Shown one piece after another: positions 8,599-18,099 of a DNA stretch of 30,744 bases. Source of the DNA: an uncultured virus (IMG/VR IMGVR_UViG_3300032132_000750) (lineage: Duplodnaviria > Heunggongvirae > Uroviricota > Caudoviricetes); IMG/VR virus record IMGVR_UViG_3300032132_000750; one strand, written 5' to 3'. The notes beneath the pieces were generated by a model. It was not told the DNA's origin. It was given only the letters and a program-made list of their open reading frames with translations, and ran no database searches. The position numbers were made by a program, and so were the translations under genes. Numbering within the stretch: position 1 is the first letter of the stretch; each line of letters opens with the position of its first letter.

Positions 8599-9630
8599 AT
8601 GAAGATAGTTGAGGTTAGAACATCGAAACAGCTTACGGAGTTTCTATCTCTTAATAATAGATCAACCTGGGAAGAAGAAACCACTAACGAGTTCTTCTGG
8701 CCGCTGAAGCATCAAGAAGCCTGCCGCGATGAAGATTTCGATCAACGTCGCGAGTGGGCTTTTGCTTTATGTAAAGAAGGTAGGTCTCTATATTGGGATC
8801 ATTTAGATGATGTGCTTGAAATTTACACGCCTAGCTCCGATGGAGTGCTTCAAGACGAGGTTAGGAACCTTATTACAAGAGTTATCCTTAGAGTTGTCTT
8901 TGGAAAAGAACTAGACCTCAGCCTTGCCCAGAAGGCTCTAAAGGAGTATGATCGTAGGATCAAGCTAACAAAACTCAAAGACACCCAGCTTAGAACTACC
9001 TTTGTTGGTTGTTTTTCTCAACACATCAAAGACGCATGGATTGATCCAGACCCCAGAAGTCTTCTAGCTATAGCTAAAAAGAATTTCCCTCTATCCGAAA
9101 ATCTTCTTCATCAGCTTATTAGCGTGTTCATGATTACTGGGACTATCCAATTGTCCGACGCTACAATTCATTGTCTTCTCTCCAGTGAGAACTTCACACA
9201 AACAATGATGAAATTTCCCCTTAACAAGTTTCTCACTAGAGAAGGCAAAAACGGAGAAATTTATTCATTAAGGCCAGAGACCTTTAATAAGTTAGAGGTA
9301 AGAACAGGTGAGGGCTGTGGAAAATGGCTCTTTGGTGATGGGCCAAGAAGATGTCCTGCCATCTATTTTGCACCTAAGTTCGTAGAACACCTCGCAAATT
9401 TTTATCGTGAATTTAATTTCAACATTGCTGATATTCAACATTCAAGAAGCCTAGACATAGATATACCTTTTTCTACAGAAAATACCCCCAAAATCTCTTG
9501 GGGGAGTAAGGTTGGGGCCAAAGTCACCTACTGGTTTAACGTATGTGTTCTTGGTCTGGTAGCTCAGAAACGTAGATTTTGGAAGTATCTTAATAACCCC
9601 GAAACTTACGTTGTTCTAATAAATGATTAA
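8599..9630 (+). CDS. Divergent, shortened cytochrome P450-like protein
   Basis: Heme-ligand signature FGDGPRRCPA (Cys252), preceded by PERF-like RPETF, I-helix-like FMITGTIQL and a beta1-4-like Arg (LTRE); ExxR is degenerate (QTMMK). Confidence 0.65.
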   Translation: MKIVEVRTSKQLTEFLSLNNRSTWEEETTNEFFWPLKHQEACRDEDFDQRREWAFALCKEGRSLYWDHLDDVLEIYTPSSDGVLQDEVRNLITRVILRVVFGKELDLSLAQKALKEYDRRIKLTKLKDTQLRTTFVGCFSQHIKDAWIDPDPRSLLAIAKKNFPLSENLLHQLISVFMITGTIQLSDATIHCLLSSENFTQTMMKFPLNKFLTREGKNGEIYSLRPETFNKLEVRTGEGCGKWLFGDGPRRCPAIYFAPKFVEHLANFYREFNFNIADIQHSRSLDIDIPFSTENTPKISWGSKVGAKVTYWFNVCVLGLVAQKRRFWKYLNNPETYVVLIND

Positions 9631-10984
9631 AACACGATTTGCTCCCAGCCCTACAGGTCCGATTCACATCGGGAATATTAGGGTTGCCCTATACAACTGG
9701 CTTTTCGCAAAACATCATGGTGGTGAATTTCTACTACGGGTCGAAGATACCGATAGGATTCGATCTACAAATGAAGCTATTGAGCAGCTATTGAGCGCTC
9801 TAAGCGTTCTGGGGCTTCCCTGGGACGGCGAACCCGTTTACCAGTCCCGCCGGTTAGAGGCTCACCAGGAGGCTGTGAGCCGCCTCTTAGAGCAAGGAGA
9901 TGCCTATCACGGCTCTACTGCGGAGCAGGCGAAATATGATTTTCTCAATGTACGTTTAGCTGGACATCCATCATCACATGATGGGGCTATTGTATTCAAA
10001 ATGCCCGAAGAAGATATGTCCTTTGTAGATGAAGTTAGAGGCCAGCTTGCAAAGCCTTATGAAAAACGTTATGATTTCATCATCCAAAGAAGCGATGAGC
10101 TAAAAACTCCGGTTTTCAACTTAGCAAACGTAGTTGATGATATTTTTATGGGGATCACTCACGTAATTCGTGGAGATGATCACATTGAAAACACTTTTCG
10201 ACAAGCCGCTCTTTATCGAGCATTAGGTAGTGAACCTCCTAAGTTTATTCACCTACCGATGATCACTAACGATAAGGGCAGACCTTACTCCAAGAGAGAT
10301 GGGACAGCATTTATCGGTGATTTTCTCGAAAGAGGTTTTTTGCCGGAAGCAATGTTGAACTACTTAGCCCTCCTCGGTTGGTCACCCGGAGGCGACAAAG
10401 AAATAATGACCAGAGATGAGATGATAGCGGAGTTTTCAGGAAAGAAGATTCAAGTAAGTTCTGCCCAAATGGATTTGAAAAAACTTGAATGGATGAACGG
10501 GCAGTATCTACAGCAACTCCCTTATAGAAAATTCGTAGAGCTTGCTATTCCTGTTTTAGAGGCAGAGGGTTATGATCCTCAATCGCACAAATACATTAAC
10601 TGGATTCTGCATTCCATGCAGCCCAGAATTAAAAATCTTAATGAACTACCCGGCGCAGTTACCTACTTTTTTAGAGATGACTTTGTTTTTGACGAAAAAG
10701 CAGTAAAAAAGAGAACGAAGCCCGAGACAATAGACTTGCTCGTAAAATTACTCATGGCTTTTGACAAAATTGTGAACTTTGACGAGGAACGCATAGAAAA
10801 AGCTCTTCGTAAAGTGGCCGCCGAAAACAACACCGGGGCTGGGCAGCTTATTCATCCTACACGACTCGCCGTGTCAGGAACCCCGAACGGACCATCTCTT
10901 TTTGGGATGCTAAGTGTCCTAGGCAAAGAAAAAGTATCAGAAAGATTGGGTTGCTATATAACGCGACTCGAAGGAGTTGAATGA
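9623..10984 (+). CDS. gltX: Glutamyl-tRNA synthetase
   Basis: TRFAPSPTG-IHIGN, LRVEDTD, VVDD..MGITHVIRGDDH, YSKR, LLGWS and C-terminal anticodon-binding domain. Confidence 0.97.
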   Translation: MIKTRFAPSPTGPIHIGNIRVALYNWLFAKHHGGEFLLRVEDTDRIRSTNEAIEQLLSALSVLGLPWDGEPVYQSRRLEAHQEAVSRLLEQGDAYHGSTAEQAKYDFLNVRLAGHPSSHDGAIVFKMPEEDMSFVDEVRGQLAKPYEKRYDFIIQRSDELKTPVFNLANVVDDIFMGITHVIRGDDHIENTFRQAALYRALGSEPPKFIHLPMITNDKGRPYSKRDGTAFIGDFLERGFLPEAMLNYLALLGWSPGGDKEIMTRDEMIAEFSGKKIQVSSAQMDLKKLEWMNGQYLQQLPYRKFVELAIPVLEAEGYDPQSHKYINWILHSMQPRIKNLNELPGAVTYFFRDDFVFDEKAVKKRTKPETIDLLVKLLMAFDKIVNFDEERIEKALRKVAAENNTGAGQLIHPTRLAVSGTPNGPSLFGMLSVLGKEKVSERLGCYITRLEGVE

Positions 10985-11202
10985 ATCACTGCGCGGACTG
11001 CAAGGGCTCTATTACGTCTCAAGATTTTGAAACGTGGGGTGAGTATGGAATCTGTGACTCATGTTTGAGTAATAGGGATAATCCAGACCAAGCTTGCCAA
11101 ATTTGCAATGTCTCGTGTAAGCCTCTTTTGGAGGGGCTTCCTAATTTATGTGGCGGGGATTTTTGTATAAAATTCCCAGATAAGCAGATTGAAGATGACT
11201 GA
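10981..11202 (+). CDS. Cys-rich small protein (putative Zn finger)
   Basis: CADC, CDSC, CQIC and further Cys; ATGA coupling. Confidence 0.6.
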   Translation: MNHCADCKGSITSQDFETWGEYGICDSCLSNRDNPDQACQICNVSCKPLLEGLPNLCGGDFCIKFPDKQIEDD

Positions 11203-11542
11203 ACACTTAGATACTAAGCGTAATTCTTTGTGGGAAATTCTTGTCCCCACTCTTCGTAACAACGTTCCTGTTAAAACTCGCTCTCATAAAGAATGGGATA
11301 CTAGAGTAAGACGTATCGCTGGTGGGTTGACGATATTCAAACCTGCCAAAGGTGAGTGGATTTCCCCTGAGGGGAAACTTTTCTCCGAACGAATGATTCC
11401 GGTCAAAATTATGTGTAGTAGAGAAGAAATGCACAAAATTGCTGATATGACTGCGAAGTTTTATCAGCAGGAAGCTATCTTCTACTTTTTAGTTAGTCAT
11501 GAAGCCATCATCAGACATTATGGAGAGAAAAGTGAGCTTTAG
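11195..11542 (+). CDS. Hypothetical protein, DUF3574/GlnB-like fold suspected
   Basis: GGLT...GEW....E......YQQEAI pattern. Confidence 0.55.
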   Translation: MTEHLDTKRNSLWEILVPTLRNNVPVKTRSHKEWDTRVRRIAGGLTIFKPAKGEWISPEGKLFSERMIPVKIMCSREEMHKIADMTAKFYQQEAIFYFLVSHEAIIRHYGEKSEL

Positions 11543-11858
11543 TCTAGGACCGAAAGGCGGGATTCAGGATCCCCACATTTTAAGGCTTCTCAGCGAGCTA
11601 ACTCCCATCGTTAAGCAGCATGGTGCAAAGGGCGCGGAGACTATTGCATTTATCGAAAAACATGCGACAGTAACTACAGTTGACCTACTCAACCAACAAA
11701 TGTACACTTTTAAAGAAATTGCAGAACCTCTCTCAATTTTAATTCAAGGCATCAAAATAGAACAACCAGATCTTGCGGGAGACGCCTGGAAAAATGGCTC
11801 TGCGGAAGATATGTTTGATAATAAAGATCCTACTGATACGGCAGATTTTTGGAAATAG
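11520..11858 (+). CDS. Hypothetical protein
   Basis: ORF-track 11499..11858; tiles with neighbours; start uncertain. Confidence 0.55.
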   Translation: MERKVSFSLGPKGGIQDPHILRLLSELTPIVKQHGAKGAETIAFIEKHATVTTVDLLNQQMYTFKEIAEPLSILIQGIKIEQPDLAGDAWKNGSAEDMFDNKDPTDTADFWK

Positions 11859-11860
11859 TA

Positions 11861-12052
11861 ATGTTTGAAAGAAATACTCAAATTGTTTTTCGCGGAGAAG
11901 TTCGACGGATAACTAACATAATTAAAAACACAGCCGGTAAAAACGTTATACTTTGGGAAGTACCGGGGAAGAAGTCTGCTGAGGGGGCGTGTACGCCTTC
12001 TTTGTGGGCAGAATGGACAAAGGGTGAGCGGACCAAGAAAAAAACATCCTAA
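11861..12052 (+). CDS. Small hypothetical protein
   Basis: ATG 2 nt after the upstream stop (MFERNTQ...). Confidence 0.55.
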   Translation: MFERNTQIVFRGEVRRITNIIKNTAGKNVILWEVPGKKSAEGACTPSLWAEWTKGERTKKKTS

Positions 12053-12440
12053 TCTAATTAGATTAGGTGTTTTCACTACAGATGACGTTTTGCCTTTTGT
12101 ACAAGTTCGTAAGCGGGGGGAGTCTCGACCCATAAAAACGTACTTAGACAAACCGGTCTATATGGACAGTTTGCGCTATAGAACGTTTTCGAATTCCGGG
12201 CTGGTTTGCGTTGAATGTAAATTAAGAGCTACGTTCTTTGCTTTGGAAACAACAGCAGCTAACTTCGAAACGAGCAACCATTTCCATTTCAATCTGTATG
12301 GAATTAATGAAGAGGGCTTTGAAGTTCTTTTTACTAAGGATCACATCCTACCTAAATCGCGAGGAGGCAGGAACCATCTTTCTAATCTTCAAACTATGTG
12401 TGCTCCCTGCAATACTAGAAAAGGATCTAAAGTAAAATGA
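12024..12440 (+). CDS. HNH endonuclease
   Basis: CVEC ... TKDHILPKSRGGRNHLSNLQTMCAPCNTRKG. Confidence 0.9.
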   Translation: MSGPRKKHPNLIRLGVFTTDDVLPFVQVRKRGESRPIKTYLDKPVYMDSLRYRTFSNSGLVCVECKLRATFFALETTAANFETSNHFHFNLYGINEEGFEVLFTKDHILPKSRGGRNHLSNLQTMCAPCNTRKGSKVK

Positions 12441-13183
12441 AACTCGTAACCCTGAGCGACACTCATGGAAAACATCATAATGCTGTATTTCCCGAAGTGC
12501 CTGCCGGGGACATCCTCATTCATGCAGGAGACGCCACTCGTAAGGGGACTCTAGATGAGCTTGATAATTTCTTCAAATGGTTTTCCTCTCTTCCCCATCA
12601 ATATAAAATATTTGTAGCCGGTAATCACGATATAGGGTTAGATCCTGAATTTGTAGATGATCGTCGCCTTTATATCCCAGAGGAAGAGCGATTAGAGCAA
12701 GCGAGAGAAATGTCTCTCAAAGCTGAACAACTAATACCAGATAATGTTATATATTTAAAAGATTCCTTCGTTGAAATCGAAGATCCTGGGATGCATCGTA
12801 AGCTAAAAATTTACGGATCTCCTTTTACTCCTCGTTTTTTAAATTGGGCCTTTCTTCGTAATAGAGGCCCCGCTATGGAAGATAAATGGTCTTCCATTCC
12901 TAATGATACAGATATCTTAGTTACTCACGGGCCTGCCTATGGGCATGGAGATGTAGCCCCTCCTTGGATACTTTCTAGATATCAACGCTCAGTGGGATGT
13001 CTAGAACTCCTTAAGAAAATTCTTGAGGTTAAACCTAAAATTCACGTCTTTGGTCATATTCATGGTGGGAGAGGTATCTATCAATCTGATGAACTACCTA
13101 CCACCTCCATGAATTCATCTATCTGCACCGAGAGCTACGCACCAACAAACCTCCCACTAACTTTTGATCTTGATACTGTATGA
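12437..13183 (+). CDS. Calcineurin-like metallophosphoesterase (MPPED/239FB-like)
   Basis: SDTH, HAGD, AGNHD, THGP and GHIH motifs. Confidence 0.92.
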   Translation: MKLVTLSDTHGKHHNAVFPEVPAGDILIHAGDATRKGTLDELDNFFKWFSSLPHQYKIFVAGNHDIGLDPEFVDDRRLYIPEEERLEQAREMSLKAEQLIPDNVIYLKDSFVEIEDPGMHRKLKIYGSPFTPRFLNWAFLRNRGPAMEDKWSSIPNDTDILVTHGPAYGHGDVAPPWILSRYQRSVGCLELLKKILEVKPKIHVFGHIHGGRGIYQSDELPTTSMNSSICTESYAPTNLPLTFDLDTV

Positions 13184-13719
13184 AAGTCACGCAATCGGTT
13201 GTGTTTAGTTGTGTGGGATGCTCCGAGACAGCCCATTGTGGGCCGCATACACGGCATTCCGCATATAAAATACTTGCTATATACAGAGAACAGCATAAAA
13301 ACTGTTTTGATTTACTTAAAAGACTTAGACGACAGAGTTCTGCAGCATTAAGGGATTATAACAAGAAAAAACTTGAGAGGCCCCGAATGTCTTATGACAT
13401 TGGGTGGAGGTATGGCTACTACAGAGGCTATTTCAGTGCCTTTCTTATAGCCAAACACAAAGGTAAGCTCAAATTCTTTGAAAAAAATCTTGAGGTTTGC
13501 TTAGCTAAACATCTTAAAAGATGGAAAGTTAATCAAATAACTAAAAAGCGAAGAGAAAAGTCCGGCTCAACTGAAGTTGATGGAAATATTGATGGGATTA
13601 TTACGGCACTAAGAGAAGCTATTCAATTGCAAGAATTAAGCAGTCCTAAACCTAAAAAGATGCGGGTCACAAAATCGGCGATTAATTGGAATCGGCTTCA
13701 AGCGTCGGGATTGTTTTAA
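13180..13719 (+). CDS. Basic hypothetical protein
   Basis: ATGA coupling; K/R-rich; N-terminal CxxC. Confidence 0.6.
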   Translation: MKVTQSVVFSCVGCSETAHCGPHTRHSAYKILAIYREQHKNCFDLLKRLRRQSSAALRDYNKKKLERPRMSYDIGWRYGYYRGYFSAFLIAKHKGKLKFFEKNLEVCLAKHLKRWKVNQITKKRREKSGSTEVDGNIDGIITALREAIQLQELSSPKPKKMRVTKSAINWNRLQASGLF

Positions 13720-13932
13720 ATGGTTTACTTTCCATTTTCTGAATTATTGAAAGACACTTTTTTTGTATTTCACCCATCGCATTGGGGTAATCGTAATCAG
13801 CATACTCTATTTAAAAAAGTAGACACTACTAGTTATCAAAACCCCGCCTCAAAAACCTTATTAGTTATCCCAAGAGAACTCATACACAGCACAAAAGTGG
13901 CACTCATTGAAGTCCCGAGAAAAAAGGCATAA
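13720..13932 (+). CDS. Small hypothetical protein
   Basis: Abuts both neighbours. Confidence 0.55.
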   Translation: MVYFPFSELLKDTFFVFHPSHWGNRNQHTLFKKVDTTSYQNPASKTLLVIPRELIHSTKVALIEVPRKKA

Positions 13933-13935
13933 GCA

Positions 13936-14610
13936 ATGGATACTCAAACACGAGACTTACAGCGACGTTGGCAACAATCAAACAATCCTGAAGATGAGGC
14001 ACTCTATCTCAGAGGTCGTGGTCGTATAGGAGAGCTTACCTTAGAATCAATTCAAATTGCCGCTTATGTAGGTTATCCCGCTGCACGCATAATAGACGAA
14101 AATACCCGGCCAACCAAAGAAGCAGAAAAAAGATTAGATCTTTGGATTTTTGGGCTCCAAATTTGGGGTAAAAATGTTCTTGTTGAGGCTGCTCGATCTT
14201 TGGCAGTATCCACCTTACGCGCAACTAAAGCAATTGAGGGTGGCGAAAACCTACTCACCCTGGAACAACTAAAACTTCTTGATGAAGTCCTCAGGATGTC
14301 AGCGACCTGGGAAGGCAAAAAAGAAGAACTTCTCACTCTATCACAAAAGGTTTATGATCTTATCTATGAGAGTGTCGAAGAGGGTCCTGTCGCTTCAATA
14401 GGTTCGTCTTTCTCGTGGCTTTGTTACGCCGCTGCCTGGGACTTTACAGAGATGGAGTCCATGTCGGAAGACGGGGTTAATGGGCCGGATAATACAATTC
14501 ACGCGGCGATAATGACCGCTGGAGGGCCTTCCACACTAGATAGTGATATGACTATCACAAACCTCAAGCGGGATTTAGCGGCCTGGGCATTGCGGGATTT
14601 AGATGGGTAA
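13936..14610 (+). CDS. Helical protein of the MDxxLRxLER paralog family
   Basis: MDTQTRDLQRRWQQSNNPEDEALYL...IAAYVGYPAAR; ends DLAAWAL. Confidence 0.75.
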   Translation: MDTQTRDLQRRWQQSNNPEDEALYLRGRGRIGELTLESIQIAAYVGYPAARIIDENTRPTKEAEKRLDLWIFGLQIWGKNVLVEAARSLAVSTLRATKAIEGGENLLTLEQLKLLDEVLRMSATWEGKKEELLTLSQKVYDLIYESVEEGPVASIGSSFSWLCYAAAWDFTEMESMSEDGVNGPDNTIHAAIMTAGGPSTLDSDMTITNLKRDLAAWALRDLDG

Positions 14611-15280
14611 GCTGAAGCAGTTTCTACTGAGTAAAACCCATGTTGGGACTTTTCTCAAAACCCCGCTCTACGTTCATGGCTCGACCTTTGCATTTATTTT
14701 GTTTATCTTGGCGGCTGAGCTTTTTAGTTCGGGCTTCCTGCAGGGTTTAAGTCTTGGTCTATTTATATTTGGTATTGCGGTTTGTGTGACGGCGCATGAG
14801 TATGGACATATTTATGCAGCGCAGAAGTTCGGAAACTATACCCGAGAAGTAGTATTGCTACCTATCGGGGGTGTAGCTACGATGTTACCTGCACAAACAG
14901 CTAAAGAGACGATACTTGTTTCTCTTGCTGGTCCTGCCGTCAACTTTATTTTAGTAATTCCCGCCATACCCCTAGCTCTTTTACTGAAGGACACCCAGTA
15001 TATAGCTATTCCTGTTACCTTCATGGGAATAAACCTCGCCCTCGGGATTTTTAATCTAATTCCCGCCTATCCTATGGATGGTGGTAGAATATTCCAAGGT
15101 ATTGTTTGGTATTTCAAGGACTATCATACAGCCACCGCGTGGGCCATAAAATTAAGCAAGTTGTTTGTTCCTCTGTTCATAATTTTTGGCTTGTTCACTA
15201 ACAGCATTATGCTTATTGTTATTGCAGTAATAATCTGGATTTATTGCACTAACAACCCAGAAGAAGGGTCAGTAATGTGA
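14603..15280 (+). CDS. Site-2 protease family (M50) intramembrane metalloprotease
   Basis: HEYGH, LLPIGG, LAGPAVN and FNLIPAYPMDGGR within TM helices. Confidence 0.93.
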   Translation: MGKLKQFLLSKTHVGTFLKTPLYVHGSTFAFILFILAAELFSSGFLQGLSLGLFIFGIAVCVTAHEYGHIYAAQKFGNYTREVVLLPIGGVATMLPAQTAKETILVSLAGPAVNFILVIPAIPLALLLKDTQYIAIPVTFMGINLALGIFNLIPAYPMDGGRIFQGIVWYFKDYHTATAWAIKLSKLFVPLFIIFGLFTNSIMLIVIAVIIWIYCTNNPEEGSVM

Positions 15281-15621
15281 CAGCTCCCGCTATTAAGATA
15301 GACTTCTATAATAAAGCCTTTGAGCTTTATGCAGAAAGAGTAACAGACACCCATATTAGGATGGCCGCACCTAGATGGTGGCAGTTAGGGCAAAAGGCTC
15401 AGTATAAGGCCGAGGTCAAACGAATTAAATCAAGATTGATGTATTCGATGGTTAATGCTGACCCCGGTGCAAGCCAAGAGTTCTTTTTTTGTTGCTTCAA
15501 CTATCTAAAAAGAAATGCCCCCGAAGGCTTGTATGAAGGTCTCTATCAAGTTATCGGAGAAGGGGAACAAGATGATGGCGTCATTCTCGGAGAAGCCCCA
15601 GAAGCAAATGACTCAGACTAA
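15277..15621 (+). CDS. Hypothetical protein
   Basis: GTGA coupling; 114 aa ORF. Confidence 0.6.
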   Translation: MTAPAIKIDFYNKAFELYAERVTDTHIRMAAPRWWQLGQKAQYKAEVKRIKSRLMYSMVNADPGASQEFFFCCFNYLKRNAPEGLYEGLYQVIGEGEQDDGVILGEAPEANDSD

Positions 15622-15844
15622 AACTCCCGAACAATGCGCGTCTTGTGCGGATAATTGGGCCTCAAAGATTGTCCAAGAGTGGTGTGGACGAAACAAAATC
15701 GACGACCTTCCTTCTGATAAGCGGCGAGACTTGATTCGTCTCATCAAAGCGGGTATTCTGCATTTTCAACTAGGGAATGAGCCGAATAAACTCAGCCACC
15801 CAAACACCAGTAACTTAATCAAACTTCTCTCCGACACTCGTTAA
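15608..15844 (+). CDS. Hypothetical protein
   Basis: ORF-track 15515..15844; start moved to ATG 15608 to minimise overlap. Confidence 0.55.
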   Translation: MTQTKTPEQCASCADNWASKIVQEWCGRNKIDDLPSDKRRDLIRLIKAGILHFQLGNEPNKLSHPNTSNLIKLLSDTR

Positions 15845-15865
15845 GAACTCGACAGTCCTTTAGTT

Positions 15866-16909
15866 ATGAAGATTGCCTGCCTTGTCTCTGGTGGCGTTGA
15901 TAGCTCTACTGCTCTCCATTTATTAGAGGAGCAAGACTATGACGTTACTGCTTTTTATCTCAGAATCTGGCTTGAAGATGATATCAGTCATCTTGGAGAC
16001 TGTCCTTGGAAAGAGGACTTAGACTTCATTCGAGAAGTTTGTAAACGTACTGGTGTTAATCTAGAAGTTCTGGATTTCAAAAAGCATTATCATGAGCGCG
16101 TAGTTCAAGCAATGCTTGACGAAGTCCGTGCAGGCAGAACCCCAAATCCCGATATTTGGTGTAATAATAGAATCAAGTTTGGACTCTTTGCCGAGGAGAT
16201 TTCGGGCTATGACAAAATAGCCAGCGGACACTACGCGCAACTTGCAGAAGTTGGCGGTAAGCCCCTACTGAAGCAAGCCCCGGATCCAGTAAAAGATCAA
16301 ACTTATTTTCTATCTCATCTGCCTCAAAAAACTTTGGGGAATCTCATGTTCCCAATCGGGCACATGAATAAGGATGAAGTACGTGAAACTGCTGTAGATA
16401 TGGCTTTACCCAATGCAGGGAGAAAAGATAGCCAAGGTATTTGCTTTTTGGGTCAGTTTAAGTATCGTGACTTTGTCAAGCACTACCTAGGAATTCGACC
16501 AGGAAAGTTTGTAGAGTTTGAAACTGGGGATGTTGTTGGTAATCACCAAGGATATTGGTTTCATACTATAGGTCAAAGAAAAGGCATCGGTCTTTCGGGA
16601 GGTCCTTGGTATGTAGTTTCTAAGGACATAGGCGAGAATGTTGTCCACATCTCCCGGCGCTACCACCGCTCACACCTAAAGCGAAACACCTTTGATGTGC
16701 AGAATTGCAATTGGTACGTGCAACCAGAACCTGGACAGCTTTTGCATGTTAAGCTTCGCCACGGGCCAGACAAACATAGATGCGTTGTTAATCCCGTAGG
16801 TGAGTCTGCTGCTATCATGCTTGAGGACAATGACCAAGGTATTGCTTCTGGGCAGTTTGCAGCTTTCTATGACAACGATCTCTGTTTAGGTTCGGGAATT
16901 ATCAAATGA
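15866..16909 (+). CDS. mnmA: tRNA 2-thiouridine(34) synthase
   Basis: SGGVDS PP-loop, TPNPDIWCN, ASGHYA, KDQTYFL, KDSQGICF, TIGQRKG and GQFA. Confidence 0.97.
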   Translation: MKIACLVSGGVDSSTALHLLEEQDYDVTAFYLRIWLEDDISHLGDCPWKEDLDFIREVCKRTGVNLEVLDFKKHYHERVVQAMLDEVRAGRTPNPDIWCNNRIKFGLFAEEISGYDKIASGHYAQLAEVGGKPLLKQAPDPVKDQTYFLSHLPQKTLGNLMFPIGHMNKDEVRETAVDMALPNAGRKDSQGICFLGQFKYRDFVKHYLGIRPGKFVEFETGDVVGNHQGYWFHTIGQRKGIGLSGGPWYVVSKDIGENVVHISRRYHRSHLKRNTFDVQNCNWYVQPEPGQLLHVKLRHGPDKHRCVVNPVGESAAIMLEDNDQGIASGQFAAFYDNDLCLGSGIIK

Positions 16910-17304
16910 GATTTATCTATAAAATTTGCTGTTCTTTGGGATTCCATGACTGGTTTGTTCATAAAAAGAAGCAGCGTCTGGATTTAAACCCAAACAGCAA
17001 TGGCTGGATATTACTCCTCTACGCCGCTACGGGCGTTTCGTTGTTTGTGCTTTTATTTATTACCCTCTTTACTTTCCTTCCTGCGGAGGGGCATACCGAG
17101 ACCCTACCCGTTAAGTATTTATTCACCAATTTAGGATTAATTTCTCTGCTTGGATTTATTACCTTGTTTATTCATAAGAATGAGTTTCGTAAAGACGCTC
17201 GATGTCTTAACTGCGGAGAACAAAAATTAGAGCTTAGTAAACGAGAATCGGCCAAAGAGAATGCTGCGAAGTTTTTTAAGAACTACGATTCTATGGAAAA
17301 CTAA
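16906..17304 (+). CDS. Two-TM membrane protein with Cys/His motif
   Basis: C.LGFHDW at the N-terminus and CLNC after two TM helices. Confidence 0.6.
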   Translation: MRFIYKICCSLGFHDWFVHKKKQRLDLNPNSNGWILLLYAATGVSLFVLLFITLFTFLPAEGHTETLPVKYLFTNLGLISLLGFITLFIHKNEFRKDARCLNCGEQKLELSKRESAKENAAKFFKNYDSMEN

Positions 17305-18098
17305 TGCACCAAATAGGTAGAGTAAAGCCTCACGGTAGTCGAAAACAGCCTAATTGGCATCTAGTTGAAGAGCGAGAACACCAACCCACTCGTCGAGGAT
17401 ACGCATTACGTGCTCGTTCGGGTAGATTTCCTCGATGTGGTTCTGGAAGCGGAAAGCCCGTAACAGAGTTAGGTTTTGGAAAACCTAGTTGCAAAAGTTG
17501 CCTAAAAATATTGGCAAGGGAATTAAAAATGGATGAGCCACCTATTGCATTAGTTGATCTTGATGGCACGGTAGCCGACTATGATCTTGCAATGAAAGAA
17601 AGTATGGAACCTCTTTGGGCTCCTGATGAGGAACGTGCTGATCTACATAGCTGGCATCCACCCCATGTTCGAGCAAGAGTTAATCTGGTTCGTAGCCAGC
17701 CTGGTTGGTGGCGAAACCTGAAACCTCTTAAACGAGGATTTGAGATCATAGAGCTGCTTCGTAAGCATAAGTTCCGATTGATGGTTCTTACTCAGGGACC
17801 TAAGACTACGAATAATTCGTGGACCGAGAAAAAGGAATGGTGCGACGAGTATCTAGAAGATGCGTCAGTAACAATATCCCAAGACAAGGGTATGGTTTAC
17901 GGTAAGTTGCTCTTTGACGATTTCCCTGCTTACGCTACGAAATGGCTTAAACATCGCCCACGAGGTCTTGTTATTATGAATGAGCACCCTTGGAATAAGG
18001 ATTTCAAGCATCCGCAAGTAGTCAAGTATAGCGGAAACAACATTAACGAGGTTGAACAGCGTATTCTGGAATGTCTCGCTAACACTATAGGAGCCTAA
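17304..18098 (+). CDS. 5'(3')-deoxyribonucleotidase (NT5C, HAD family) with basic N-terminal extension
   Basis: VDLDGTVAD, WWRNLKP, EKKEW, DK, LFDD and PWN motifs. Confidence 0.85.
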   Translation: MHQIGRVKPHGSRKQPNWHLVEEREHQPTRRGYALRARSGRFPRCGSGSGKPVTELGFGKPSCKSCLKILARELKMDEPPIALVDLDGTVADYDLAMKESMEPLWAPDEERADLHSWHPPHVRARVNLVRSQPGWWRNLKPLKRGFEIIELLRKHKFRLMVLTQGPKTTNNSWTEKKEWCDEYLEDASVTISQDKGMVYGKLLFDDFPAYATKWLKHRPRGLVIMNEHPWNKDFKHPQVVKYSGNNINEVEQRILECLANTIGA

Positions 18099-18099
18099 G

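Noticed and set aside
12024..12440. HNH gene as part of an intron or mobile element
   Set aside because: It overlaps intact neighbours on both sides, with no interrupted gene, flanking non-coding RNA space or terminal repeats.
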